Assembly: GCA_964565195.1 (NCBI GenBank)
Contig: CAZMCQ010000001.1
Coordinates: 61,153-125,152 of the forward strand
Direction: 5' to 3'
DNA length: 64,000 bases
Source: an uncultured Candidatus Saccharibacteria bacterium
GTDB lineage: Bacteria > Patescibacteriota > Doudnabacteria > UBA920 > 2-01-FULL-46-14
A program made the position numbers and the translations under genes. The stretch's first letter is position 1. Each line of letters begins with the position of its first letter. Positions 34,667 to 43,506 of this stretch are shown here, piece by piece. The notes under the pieces are model-generated. The model searched no databases and had not been told where the DNA came from. It was given only the letters and a program-made list of their open reading frames with translations.

Positions 34667-35239
34667 ATGAAATTGGTTTCTGACATCGCGGTTTTGCGCG
34701 CCTCACCGCTAGTCGGGCTGCAAGCTTTTGCGCAAGCCGATTCCCTTTCCCCAAAAAACACTTCCTTTGTCTGGAAGAGCGTTTTGGTGGCTTTGATGCT
34801 GCTTCTCTCGCTCACTGCATCCCCGCTTACCGCTAGCACCGAGAGAAATCTCGAGGCCCGGGATGTCATCGCCGCGCTGAACGCAGACCGCGCGCAAAAT
34901 GACCTCGCTCCCCTCGCAGCCAATCCGCGCCTCGAGGAGGCCGCCCGCAAAAAGGCGGAAGATCTCTTAAAAATTGGTTATTTTGCCCACACCTCGCCGA
35001 TCGGCCTCGAGCCCTGGGACTTTATCCGCGCCGCCGGCTTTGACTATAGTTATGCCGGCGAGAATCTGGCCATGAATTACGGCAACGCCGATGAGCTGGA
35101 ATCTGATTTCCTGCAAAGTCCGTCGCACCGCGAGAATCTCCTCTCGCCAAACTATACTGATGTCGGCGTTGCCGTCGTGCAGGGGTTGTACCAGGGCCAG
35201 GAAGCCGTCATCACGGTGCAGATGTTCGGGACCCCCTAA
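34667..35239 (+). CDS. CAP-domain (SCP/PR-1-like) secreted protein
   Basis: YFAHTSPIG...YAGENLA...QSPSHRENLLSPNYTDVGVAV are CAP signature regions. Signal/TM N-terminus. Confidence 0.75.
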   Translation: MKLVSDIAVLRASPLVGLQAFAQADSLSPKNTSFVWKSVLVALMLLLSLTASPLTASTERNLEARDVIAALNADRAQNDLAPLAANPRLEEAARKKAEDLLKIGYFAHTSPIGLEPWDFIRAAGFDYSYAGENLAMNYGNADELESDFLQSPSHRENLLSPNYTDVGVAVVQGLYQGQEAVITVQMFGTP

Positions 35240-35351
35240 GTGAGCTTTTTAATTTTGCATATTCCAAGAAGTTATCATCCCTTCGGGAGATCTCCCGTAG
35301 GGAGAGAAAAAGGGCCGGGCCGATCTGCCAAAATAGTGGATCGGCCCAAAC

Positions 35352-35386
35352 AAAAATCCCCGCTCCTAAACGGGGCTTTTTGTTTT
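35352..35386. terminator. Bidirectional terminator (CCCCG-CTCCTAAA-CGGGG) between convergent genes
   Basis: AAAAATCCCCGCTCCTAAACGGGGCTTTTTGTTTT. It is preceded by two further hairpins at about 35268-35340. Confidence 0.6.
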
Positions 35387-35409
35387 AATTTAGCAAAGAT
35401 GAACTGATT

Positions 35410-36087
35410 TCATTTACCCGTCAGGTCCTTCTCGATCGCATCGAGCGCTTTGCGCGCGTGATCCTTCCCGCCGAGGCCGAACGCGAGACCGCCGGCAATC
35501 GCGATCATGGCGACCACCGCGCGGAACAGATCAGCGACAAACTGGTCGCCGACGTTAAGCTGGTTCAGAGCGGCCAGAAAAGCGAAGATCAGGATTGACC
35601 ATTTGGTCAGCAGCGCTAAAGTATCCGAGGTGTGCAGTCCCCCCGCCGCGAGCGAGTGCCGCACCACGCCTTTGAGGAAATTGGCCGCAATCATACCGAT
35701 AAGCAGTATCGCCACCGCGACAATGACATTCCCGAAGTAGGGAATGACCTGCGTGTACAAAAAGCTTGAGACCTGGTCCAGGCCGAGGATGTCTGCCGCC
35801 GCCAAAAAGGTGGCGACGATAAAGAACCATTTCACGAGCCAGTTGCCGAAGCGGGCCACCGAGAGTTTTTTCTCGGTGCGGGCCGAGAGGCGATCCAGTC
35901 CCAGGGAGTTGGCGAGCGTATCAACTTTAAGCGCTTCCAGAAGCTTTTGCACGAGGTTGCCAAGCCCAATGCCGATGATCCAGCCAAGAATCAAAACGAC
36001 GATGGCCACGACCACACCCGGCAAAAACGCCGCGAGCCGCCCGTACAGATCCTGCAGGGAAAAGGCAATAACTTCTCCAGTTGGCAT
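35410..36087 (-). CDS. Membrane protein with conserved-TM-helix repeats (PF05552-like, MscS-associated class)
   Basis: 225 aa, about 5 TM, repeated GNLVQKLLEAL / GNVIVAVAILLIG-type helices. Confidence 0.65.
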   Translation of the reverse strand: MPTGEVIAFSLQDLYGRLAAFLPGVVVAIVVLILGWIIGIGLGNLVQKLLEALKVDTLANSLGLDRLSARTEKKLSVARFGNWLVKWFFIVATFLAAADILGLDQVSSFLYTQVIPYFGNVIVAVAILLIGMIAANFLKGVVRHSLAAGGLHTSDTLALLTKWSILIFAFLAALNQLNVGDQFVADLFRAVVAMIAIAGGLAFGLGGKDHARKALDAIEKDLTGK

Positions 36088-36110
36088 TTAAATTTTCACC
36101 CCCTTCCCCT

Positions 36111-36165
36111 AGCTTATAGGTGATAGGAGATAGCTGATAGGAAGTTCCTATAAGCTATAAGCTAA
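36111..36165 (-). repeat. Hairpin-forming AGCTTATAGG...CCTATAAGCTATAAGCTAA element in the 5' region of the gene starting at 36087; shares a ~20-nt core with the rplJ leader
   Basis: 11-bp inverted repeat AGCTTATAGG/CCTATAAGCT with a 26-nt loop. On the minus strand, TTAGCTTATAGCT.T.AGGA also occurs at 30671-30702. Confidence 0.5.
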
Positions 36166-36185
36166 CCCCTAAAAGCTGTTAATAT

Positions 36186-36626
36186 TCATTCGCCAATTAT
36201 TTGGATTATCACTCTCCGCTTCCGACCACCATCCAATTCCACAAAAAATATGCTTTGCCGGTCGCCCAACACGAGCTCCCCGTCCTGAAGCGGAATGCTC
36301 TGGCTTGCCCCAAGCAGAAACGCTTTGACGTGCGCATGACCGTTGGAGCGTTCGTCCGGTTTGCTGCCGCTTCTCACCTCAAAAAAATCGTGCGCGTAGC
36401 TCATGTCAATGGGGGCGAGACGGTACAGCATCTTCATGAGGTCCTGCTTCAAAAGCGGTTCATTGTGATTTATCCGCACCGCGGCCGTGGTGTGCGGCGC
36501 AAATACCACCACCGCGCCGTTTTTCGCGCCACTGCCCGCGACCGCCGCCCTGACCTCGGCCGTGATGTCAATAAGTTCAAACTGGGTGCGCGATTCGAGC
36601 GCGAGCTCTTTATAACTTGCGGTCAT
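36186..36626 (-). CDS. yjbQ: YjbQ-family secondary thiamine-phosphate synthase (UPF0047)
   Basis: ELIDITAEV...AVVVFAPHTTAAV...HAHVKA is the YjbQ pattern. 146 aa. Confidence 0.8.
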   Translation of the reverse strand: MTASYKELALESRTQFELIDITAEVRAAVAGSGAKNGAVVVFAPHTTAAVRINHNEPLLKQDLMKMLYRLAPIDMSYAHDFFEVRSGSKPDERSNGHAHVKAFLLGASQSIPLQDGELVLGDRQSIFFVELDGGRKRRVIIQIIGE

Positions 36627-37132
36627 CGTTGTTCTGTAAATAAAAAGGCCACAACCAAAAAGTGGCTTAAATCGCTTTTTTGTTTTGCTTTCCGGCGAGA
36701 TTCATCTTTGCTGAATACATTATAGCAAATTATGAAATTTTTGTCAAATTTTTAAGGGCGCGCCGGCAAAGGCACGCCCTGTTTGTGAAACTTCATTCTT
36801 CCGCCCCGAACCGTCGCAAAATCCGCTGGCTTAACGGCGAACCCCATCGCACGGCATTGTGAAGCGGAGTATTTTGGAAAGCTCCCCGGTACCGGTGGTC
36901 AGCGCCGAGAATAAGAAGCAGCCAAACGGCAAGCCACCCATTTGGCCAGGCGGCCACCCGATAAAGAGCCCTGTCGCGATGGCGTTCCTTGGGATGGTTC
37001 TTCGCTTCCCGCTGCGGGAAGATTGGAGCATCAGCGCTGTACATTGATCCCTCCTTCCTGTTCCTCCTGGCGCTAGTTTATTATAACAGAATTTGCTATA
37101 TTTATTCGCGAGAGGCATCACGTCACCTTCGC

Positions 37133-37206
37133 GGGGGTGTCGTATAATGGTAGTACAGCGGTCTCCAAAACCGCTTGCGTAGGTTCGATTCCTACCGCCC
37201 CTGCCA
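37133..37206 (+). tRNA. tRNA-Trp (anticodon CCA)
   Basis: Hand-folded. Acceptor stem GGGGGTG/CGCCCCT has two G-U pairs. D stem GTAT/GTAC. Anticodon stem GCGGT/ACCGC with loop CTCCAAA. T arm GTAGG-TTCGATT-CCTAC. Discriminator G and CCA are encoded. Confidence 0.8.
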
Positions 37207-37231
37207 CTCGACTCGCCTTGATAAATTCAAA

Positions 37232-38890
37232 ATGAAAAAACCTTATCTTTGGATAACCCTCGCCGTGCTGGCCGTTTACGGCCAGGCGTTGTTTTTTAAG
37301 TTCACTTACCTCGACGACTACACGCTGCTCGTCCAGAACGCCGAGAGCTTTACGCGCTTTGCCAATCTTTTTCGCATCTTCACCACGGATTTTCTCTCGC
37401 CCGTCACCGGCGGGCAGTACTACCGCCCGCTCTTTGCGGCTTCCCTAATTCTGAACGGCGCGCTCGGTGGGGGATCGCCCTTCCTCTTTCACCTCACAGA
37501 CATTCTCCTGCATCTCGGCGTCTCGCTGCTTCTTTACCGCTTCCTGTTGAATTTCACGAGCGAGCCGCGGGCCCTCTTCGGCGGCCTCGTCTTTGCCGTG
37601 CATCCCCTGCTCGTCCAAACCGTGGCCTGGATTCCGGGGAGGACTGACTCGCTCGCCGTTTTGTTCATCCTCTGGTATATTATTGCCTTTGATCGCGCGC
37701 TGAAACTGCCGTCCGAGAGAAGGCATTATCTTTATGCCGCGCTGGCCATGGCGGGCGCCCTGCTCTCCAAAGAAACCGCGCTGCTCCTGCCGCTCATTTC
37801 CCTGCTCTACGCGGCCTTAATTTCCGAAAGCGAAAAGAAACACAAAACCCTGTTGCGGTTTGTGCCGATTTGGATCGGACTTCTTGCCCTGTGGTTTGCA
37901 GGCCGCAGTCTGCTGCTCGAAACGGCCGCCGGCTGGCAGATCGAGACAATCTTCTCCTCAATGTATCTCTCCGCGGCAGCAGTCGTGCAGTATTTCGGCA
38001 AAATGCTCTTGCCCTTCAATCTCTCCACCTACCCGGTAATGCCCGATCTTCGGCTCACCTTTGGCTTCCTGGCCCTCGCGGTTGTCGCTCTCGGCCTGCT
38101 TGCCTCCAAATACAAACGTTACCGCGTCGTGATATTCGGTGCGGCCTGGTTCTCGATCTTCCTGTTGGTTTCCCTGATCCGCGTAAAAATCCTGCCGTAT
38201 GACGAAGTGCTCGAGCACCGCGCCTATCTGGCCCTCCCTGGCCTGCTCATCATTATTCTGGAGTTTGACTTCTTCCAAAAAGATTGGCGCTTGGGAGCGC
38301 CGCGTCTCGCAGTCGCGGCAGGAGTTTTGGGCCTGCTCGCCATAATCAACATCGCCCATGCCGCAAACTTCCGCAACGGTCTCGCCTATTGGAAAAAGGC
38401 AGTCGCGACCAGCCCGGGCTCTCCTTTCTCGCATAAGCAGTTCGGCGCTTTGCTTAACGCGAGCGGCGATTACCAGAGCGCCGAGGAAGAATACAAAAAA
38501 GTTATTACCCTGAATCCCGAAAAGACTCTGGTCTACAATAATCTCGGCTTTCTGTACGCTACTCTGGGCCGCGCCAAAGAAGCCGAAACCATGTACCGCT
38601 TCGAGATCGCCGTGAGTCCGGATTATGACAAAAGCTATATGAATCTCGGCAACCTCTACTGGCAGGCCGGCCGCGCCGACGAGGCCGCCGCGCTTTGGCA
38701 GAAAACCATTGCCCTGAATCCCTACTTTTTCCCGGCTTACCGCAATCTGGCCATTTATTACTACGAAAAGGATCGCTATGCCGAAGGAATCAAGGTGCTG
38801 CTCGAGATCCGGGAACGCGGGGGGCAAATTGATGCGGACCTCCTGGAAAGTTACCGGCCGTATTTGCCAAAATCCTGGGATTTGCTATAG
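37232..38890 (+). CDS. Polytopic membrane protein (GT-C/PMT-like glycosyltransferase fold) with C-terminal TPR repeats
   Basis: Start at MKKPYLWITLAV, since the track start overlaps the tRNA. About 11 TM, then 4-5 TPR units (AEEEYKKVITLNP, YNNLGFLYATLGRAKEAE, YMNLGNLYWQAGR...). Confidence 0.7.
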   Translation: MKKPYLWITLAVLAVYGQALFFKFTYLDDYTLLVQNAESFTRFANLFRIFTTDFLSPVTGGQYYRPLFAASLILNGALGGGSPFLFHLTDILLHLGVSLLLYRFLLNFTSEPRALFGGLVFAVHPLLVQTVAWIPGRTDSLAVLFILWYIIAFDRALKLPSERRHYLYAALAMAGALLSKETALLLPLISLLYAALISESEKKHKTLLRFVPIWIGLLALWFAGRSLLLETAAGWQIETIFSSMYLSAAAVVQYFGKMLLPFNLSTYPVMPDLRLTFGFLALAVVALGLLASKYKRYRVVIFGAAWFSIFLLVSLIRVKILPYDEVLEHRAYLALPGLLIIILEFDFFQKDWRLGAPRLAVAAGVLGLLAIINIAHAANFRNGLAYWKKAVATSPGSPFSHKQFGALLNASGDYQSAEEEYKKVITLNPEKTLVYNNLGFLYATLGRAKEAETMYRFEIAVSPDYDKSYMNLGNLYWQAGRADEAAALWQKTIALNPYFFPAYRNLAIYYYEKDRYAEGIKVLLEIRERGGQIDADLLESYRPYLPKSWDLL

Positions 38891-38929
38891 TTAGCTAACC
38901 ATTATCCTTAACAAGAAAAGGTCAAACCA

Positions 38930-39211
38930 ATGGCAAAAATGACCAAATCACAGCTTTTGAGCGCCCTCGCGGAGAAAACCGGGATGGCGAAAAAAGATGT
39001 GGTGACATTTCTCGACAAAATGGTCGAGATGGCCTACCACGAGGTGAGGTCAAACGGCGAGTTTACGGTTCCGGGCCTTGGCAAGCTCGTCAAGGTGAAC
39101 CGCAAAGCCCGCATGGGCCGCAACCCCGCCACTGGCCAGGAGATTTCCATCCCGGCCAAGACCGTGGTGAAATTCCGCGTCGCAAAAGCCGCCAAAGAAG
39201 CGGTTCTGTAA
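38930..39211 (+). CDS. hup: DNA-binding protein HU
   Basis: MAKMTKSQLLSALAEKTGMAKKDVVTFLD...GRNPATGQEISIPAKTVVKFRVAKAAKEAV is the canonical HU sequence. 93 aa. Confidence 0.9.
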   Translation: MAKMTKSQLLSALAEKTGMAKKDVVTFLDKMVEMAYHEVRSNGEFTVPGLGKLVKVNRKARMGRNPATGQEISIPAKTVVKFRVAKAAKEAVL

Positions 39212-39254
39212 AACCCCGCACCAGACGGTGCCGGGTAAAAACTCTAGAGTTTTC

Positions 39255-39283
39255 CAAAAAACCGCCTTCGGGGCGGTTTTTTG
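39255..39283 (+). terminator. Intrinsic terminator after hup
   Basis: AAAAAACCGCCTTCGGGGCGGTTTTTTG has a perfect stem, a tetraloop-like TTCG and a U-tract. Confidence 0.7.
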
Positions 39284-39510
39284 CATTAAGCACCACTAGT
39301 CCAAATGCCGGTTCACTTCAGTTTCAATTCTTTTTATCCACTCACTTGGCCTTTTGAGAGACCGTTCAAATCCGACTTAACAACCATATTCTCTCGAATG
39401 AATCCGGGTTGCTCGTCGTGTTCAATCAATTTTTGGATTACTTTTTCTTCATTCATTTTTTTAAATTAAATCTAAACCGAATATTTGTCCACTACAACTC
39501 ATACCTCTTT

Positions 39511-39652
39511 TTTGTTATAATAGAAATATCAATTTAATGGAGGACTCCCATCGGCTCGCCCGAGAGGAAAAGGTGCCACGGAGTTTGCTGTGGACTTGTA
39601 CCAGCGGGCATCATGCTCGCAATCCGTCTCTTCTGAAAGGAGCTCTACTCTA
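39511..39652 (+). promoter_or_regulatory. Extended -10 promoter (TGTTATAAT) followed by a ~130-nt GC-rich structured leader preceding a CPVC micro-protein
   Basis: TGnTATAAT at 39513-39521. The leader contains stems CCAC-N10-GTGG and GCGGGCAT/ATGCTCGC. SD AAAGGAG lies 10 nt before the ATG at 39653. Confidence 0.4.
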
Positions 39653-39799
39653 ATGGACTACTTTACCATATGTCCGGTCTGCAAACGGTCAGTCGGTGCT
39701 GTCGACGATCTCGCGTCCGGCGACGTTTACGTGGACCATGACGATGCCGCGGGCAAGCCCTGCCCTAATTCCGGCAAACCAGTGATCGAAGCTGCATAG
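39653..39799 (+). CDS. Zn-ribbon-like CPVC micro-protein (48 aa)
   Basis: MDYFTICPVCKRSVGAVDDLASGDVYVDHDDAAGKPCPNSGKPVIEAA. Start moved to the Met with a good SD, since the track start at 39590 lacks one. Confidence 0.45.
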   Translation: MDYFTICPVCKRSVGAVDDLASGDVYVDHDDAAGKPCPNSGKPVIEAA

Positions 39800-39856
39800 A
39801 GAGGCAACACCGCATCACGATGGCGGGACCCCGCAAAGGTCCTGCCTGTTTTTTTA

Positions 39857-41524
39857 TTAGCTTCGCTTGATATGTTCGAGCGCAAAGTCGAGGGAGGCGC
39901 CGACTTTTTTGCCGGGGTTGAAAATGCCCAAAGGATCAAAAATCTTTTTGGTCTCAACGAAAAGTTTATAAATCTCCGGGCCGTACATTTTTTCCAGGTA
40001 CGGACTACGGATCAGGCCGTCATTATGCTCGGCGGTCATTGACCCGCCGAACGCAAAGACGAGATCGTAGACGCGCTCGGTAATTTCGACAATGGTCTTG
40101 CGAAAATCGCGGGCCCGAAAATCCATAAGCGGAATGATGTGAAAATTCGCATCGCCCACGTGCCCCGCCACCGTGTAAACAATATTATAGCCGTCGAGAA
40201 TTTCGTAAAGCCGCGGCAGAAAGCGCGGCAACTGCTCGGGCCGCACGATCAGGTCGTCAATAAACGGCGCGGTGTGCAATTTTTTAATGTGGTGGCGAAG
40301 CAGATTGAAACTTTCCCGTCGGATCACCCAGTACTTCTCCCCTTCTTCGGAGGAAAGCGTCAGCCGCGTTTTCAGATGCCGAAATTCCCGCAAACTGTCC
40401 CGGGCTTCCCGGGCGCGCGCCAGCACCTCCTGTTCCTTGTCCCCCGTGAATTCCACGAGCAGCACCATTTTCGGAATGCCGCCGGAAAGCGCGGCCCAGA
40501 ACTCGGGCAGAAAGCGGACGGCCATCGTGAGCAGCCCGCCCCGAAGACGCCTGGCAATTTCCGGAAAAAGTTTCACGGCCACATGGAAGGTGTGGTCATC
40601 ATAGGACTCAAAACTATCCGGCTGAAAATCCAAAATGTGATTAATAATTTTCGGCAGGGGCGCCAGTTCGCGCAAAAACACGACCAGCATGCGCGAATGC
40701 CGGTGCGGTCGCACGAGTTTCAGCCGTGCCTCGGTGATAAAGCCCAGCGTACCCTGCGCGCCGGTGAACAGCTTGGTCAGATCAAACTTACGCGCGGTGA
40801 AGTCCCAGACATTCCAAAGGCAATACCCGGCCGAATTTTTGGAAACCTTGGGCTTGGCTGCGGTAATCGCCGGCCAATTGTCCAAAATCAGCGCGTGCAT
40901 CTTGCGATAAACTTCGCCTTCAAAATTTTCTTGTCGTTGCTTTGCGGCCAGTTCATGTTCACTCAAGGCGCGGAAAGTATATTCATTCCCGTCGGCCAGC
41001 ACAACTTTGAGTGCTTCAACATACTGCTCTGTTTTGCCATATCGCAAAGTTTTTTCGCCGCCGGCATTGTTGGCGATCATCCCGCCCAAAGTACACATCT
41101 CGCGGGAGGCCGGATAACAGGGCAACAGCAGATTTGCTTTCAGCGTGGCCCGCTCAAAGTCGCGATAAAAAACGCCGGGCTCGACCACGGCGAAACCGCG
41201 GCCGATTTTTTTGAGGTGATTGAAATAGCGGGTAAAATCAACCACGATGGACTCGGTGAGCGGCCCGCCGGTCATATCCGAGCCACCCGAGCGCGCCGTG
41301 AGCGATACCCCCGCACCCGCGCGGCGTTCGGCGGCGGCGTGCTTAACCAGAATTTTGAGATCCGCGGCATCCTTTGGATAAACGACGAGCGCGGGGCGCA
41401 CCTCGAACAAACTCGTGTCGCGCGACGCCAAATCCAGCGCGCGCGGACTGTCCGAAACATCGCCGCGAAAATGAACTATTTTTTGAGTTCTTTGTGCAGG
41501 GTGTGTTTTCTGTCCCACTTGCAA
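39857..41524 (-). CDS. FAD-linked oxidase (GlcD / D-lactate dehydrogenase family)
   Basis: FAD-binding PCMH domain ([20 protein letters not shown]...GGSDMTGG) plus a C-terminal oxidase domain. 555 aa. Confidence 0.85.
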   Translation of the reverse strand: MQVGQKTHPAQRTQKIVHFRGDVSDSPRALDLASRDTSLFEVRPALVVYPKDAADLKILVKHAAAERRAGAGVSLTARSGGSDMTGGPLTESIVVDFTRYFNHLKKIGRGFAVVEPGVFYRDFERATLKANLLLPCYPASREMCTLGGMIANNAGGEKTLRYGKTEQYVEALKVVLADGNEYTFRALSEHELAAKQRQENFEGEVYRKMHALILDNWPAITAAKPKVSKNSAGYCLWNVWDFTARKFDLTKLFTGAQGTLGFITEARLKLVRPHRHSRMLVVFLRELAPLPKIINHILDFQPDSFESYDDHTFHVAVKLFPEIARRLRGGLLTMAVRFLPEFWAALSGGIPKMVLLVEFTGDKEQEVLARAREARDSLREFRHLKTRLTLSSEEGEKYWVIRRESFNLLRHHIKKLHTAPFIDDLIVRPEQLPRFLPRLYEILDGYNIVYTVAGHVGDANFHIIPLMDFRARDFRKTIVEITERVYDLVFAFGGSMTAEHNDGLIRSPYLEKMYGPEIYKLFVETKKIFDPLGIFNPGKKVGASLDFALEHIKRS

Positions 41525-41657
41525 AATTTTTTTATTTCTAAAGCTTCTGGCGTATTCTTTTTATTTTTATGGGTCTGATAGTTGATGCGCTTGCAAACCG
41601 TGCATTGCATTTTGATCAGAGTTTCCTGCGACATTTGAATCTTTCTGATTAATTATC

Positions 41658-41733
41658 TGGAGCCTGGGGGGAGGATCGAACTCCCGGCCTTTTCCTTACC
41701 ATGGAAATGCTCTGCCGACTGAGCTACCCAGGC
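41658..41733 (-). tRNA. tRNA-Thr (anticodon GGT)
   Basis: Reverse complement is GCCTGGGTAGCTCAGTCGGCAGAGCATTTCCATGGTAAGGAAAAGGCCGGGAGTTCGATCCTCCCCCCAGGCTCCA. Perfect 7-bp acceptor stem. Anticodon stem TTTCC/GGAAA with loop ATGGTAA. T arm GGGAG-TTCGATC-CTCCC. Confidence 0.85.
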
Positions 41734-41749
41734 ATTTGACAAAGCATAG

Positions 41750-41869
41750 CTTAAAAAATTCCAAATTACAAACCCCAAGTTCCAAATAAGCTCCAAGTTC
41801 CAATTTTCAAACTTTTGGATTTTGATTTTTGGAATTTATTTGGGATTTGGTGCTTCGAATTTGAGATTT
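41750..41869. repeat. AT-rich low-complexity region with CCAAGTTCCAA direct repeats and imperfect inverse copies (TTGGATTTTG...TTGGAATTT...TTGGGATTTGG)
   Basis: CCCCAAGTTCCAAATAAGCTCCAAGTTCCAATTTTCAAACTTTTGGATTTTGATTTTTGGAATTTATTTGGGATTTGG lies upstream of tRNA-Thr and downstream of the SH3b gene. Confidence 0.4.
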
Positions 41870-42367
41870 CTATCTTATCTCTGCGTACTGCTTGGTGACC
41901 CAGCCGGACAAAATTTCGCTCACCTTGATCTGATACCAGCCCTGTGCTGCATCCTCGCTCACAAGCTCGTATGACTCGCCGGGCGCCACCTGGGCGACTT
42001 TGGCCGTATTGGTGCCCGGGCCCTGCCGCACGTTCAAATAGCCGGTTGGCGTATCCAGAATCAAAACCTGCTGCACAACCGGCGCAGGCAGAGTTTCCGC
42101 CGTTGTTGTTGGCGTGGTGGTAGGCGTGGCTGTGGATGGGACGATGATCTCCGGGGTAAAGTCGTTTCCCAGAGGATTTTTATAAAACAGCACATAATAA
42201 GTAAATCCCGCCACGGCGACGAAAGTGATAATCGCGACCGCAAGACCAATTTTTAAAAGCCGACTCGACCGCCCGCGCACAAGGCGCGGATCAAGTAGTC
42301 CGGTGTGGTGCGAACGCGTCAGTTTAACAATGGTTTTTTTCGGGGAAACTTTTTTTGGGATGGGCAT
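41870..42367 (-). CDS. Membrane-anchored bacterial SH3 (SH3b) domain protein
   Basis: N-terminal TM, Thr/Pro linker, C-terminal GYLNVRQGPGTNTAKVAQVAPGESYELVSEDAAQGWYQIKV (SH3_3 pattern). Confidence 0.7.
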   Translation of the reverse strand: MPIPKKVSPKKTIVKLTRSHHTGLLDPRLVRGRSSRLLKIGLAVAIITFVAVAGFTYYVLFYKNPLGNDFTPEIIVPSTATPTTTPTTTAETLPAPVVQQVLILDTPTGYLNVRQGPGTNTAKVAQVAPGESYELVSEDAAQGWYQIKVSEILSGWVTKQYAEIR

Positions 42368-42376
42368 TGGTTTTTT

Positions 42377-43114
42377 CTAACTCTTTAATGGTAGCGTAAA
42401 ATAGAAAGTTGTGCCATGTCCTTCTTCGGAATGAAAGCCGATCTTCCCGCCCATGGCTTCGATGAGTGATTTGGCGATAAACAAGCCCAGGCCCGTACCA
42501 TCCGGCGCCATCTTGATGACGTTGGGGCTGCGGAAGAATTTGTCGAAAATCCGCTTTTGATCCTCCTCCGGGATCCCCACGCCGGTATCAGTGACGGAAA
42601 TCGTGAGCCGCGTCGTATCGCGAGCCACGGTGATCCGCACCGCGCCATGTTGCGGCGTGTATTTCACGGAGTTGGACAAGAGATTGATGATCACGCGCTT
42701 GAGTTTCTCCTGGTCCACTTCCACCGGTGGCAGCGGGCCGTTAATTATCTCGAAATTCACCGCAAGGCCGCTCGCCTTGACCGTGCGCGCGAAGCTGTCA
42801 ATGGTCTCCCCAATGACGCTCTCAATCTTCGTCGGCCGCAACTCGAGATGAATTTGCCCCTCCTGAATTCGCGAGACGTCGAGAAGGTCATTCACGAGGT
42901 TAATGGCCCGCTGGTTGGACTGGTAAATTTCCCGCAGGTACTCCTGTTGTTTTTCGGAAAGTTCGCCGTGTTTTTTCGCCATCAGCATTTCGGCATACCA
43001 TTTTATGGCTGAGAGCGGCGTCCGCAGCTGATGGGAGGCCAGCGACACAAAGTCGGATTTAATACTTTCAATGTTCGCCTTTCCCGCGCCACCGAGAATA
43101 TTTTTGAATTTCAC
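42377..43114 (-). CDS. Histidine kinase (HisKA + HATPase_c core, no obvious sensor domain)
   Basis: H-box LASHQLRTPLSAIKWYAEML, plus N, G1 and G2 boxes (GTGLGLFIAKSLIEAMGGKI). 245 aa. Confidence 0.85.
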   Translation of the reverse strand: MKFKNILGGAGKANIESIKSDFVSLASHQLRTPLSAIKWYAEMLMAKKHGELSEKQQEYLREIYQSNQRAINLVNDLLDVSRIQEGQIHLELRPTKIESVIGETIDSFARTVKASGLAVNFEIINGPLPPVEVDQEKLKRVIINLLSNSVKYTPQHGAVRITVARDTTRLTISVTDTGVGIPEEDQKRIFDKFFRSPNVIKMAPDGTGLGLFIAKSLIEAMGGKIGFHSEEGHGTTFYFTLPLKS

Positions 43115-43506
43115 CCCGTTTGATCCTTTCGCAATGTTCCATTAATGATTTTTTTCATTGACGCAAAATCATGCTCGGCCTTGATGAGGTAGCTGGCCGC
43201 GCCAAGCGCGGAGGCACGCGCTTGCTGCTCGCCGTCGCCGAGATTGGACAGCACCACGATCGGGATGTTCGCCGTTGCGGGATTGTCCTTCAGAATCTTC
43301 ATCACCTCAAAACCGTTAAGCTCCGGGAGGATGATGTCGAGCAAGATGAGCGCCGGTTTCTCCTGCGGGATGCGACGCACCGCTTCCGGTCCGGTGGTGA
43401 TGCCGATGGCCTGGTAACCCTCACTCTCGAGCCATTCGCAAAGCACGCGCTGCAGCGCCTCTTCGTCCTCGACTACGGCAATTTTCAATCTCGGTTCATT
43501 TTCCAT
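43111..43506 (-). CDS. Single-domain response regulator (CheY-like receiver)
   Basis: KIAVVEDEEAL...LILLDIILPELNGFEV...LSNLGD. 131 aa. Confidence 0.85.
   Translation of the reverse strand: MENEPRLKIAVVEDEEALQRVLCEWLESEGYQAIGITTGPEAVRRIPQEKPALILLDIILPELNGFEVMKILKDNPATANIPIVVLSNLGDGEQQARASALGAASYLIKAEHDFASMKKIINGTLRKDQTG

Noticed and set aside
36870-36895. GGAAAGCUCCCCGG resembling the RNase P RNA CR-I box GGAAAGUCCGG
   Set aside because: The match is imperfect. The expected P4 partner ACAGAAnCCGGCUUA is not found in the right orientation or order, and the gap is only marginally long enough for RNase P RNA.
36680-37121. Several 60-96 aa ORFs in the 36680-37121 gap (both strands)
   Set aside because: They overlap each other, lack ribosome-binding sites and have Arg/Pro/Gly-rich GC-shadow composition. 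The region is better explained as non-coding, with a possible ncRNA.
37175-37231. Track start at 37175 for the TPR/GT-C membrane protein
   Set aside because: The first 19 codons overlap tRNA-Trp (37133-37206). The Met at 37232 gives a normal TM N-terminus.
39350-39470. 40-codon minus-strand ORF MNEEKVIQKLIEHDEQPGFIRENMVVKSDLNGLSKGQVSG
   Set aside because: There is no Shine-Dalgarno sequence, and it lies in AT-rich intergenic DNA downstream of the hup terminator. It is likely a chance ORF.
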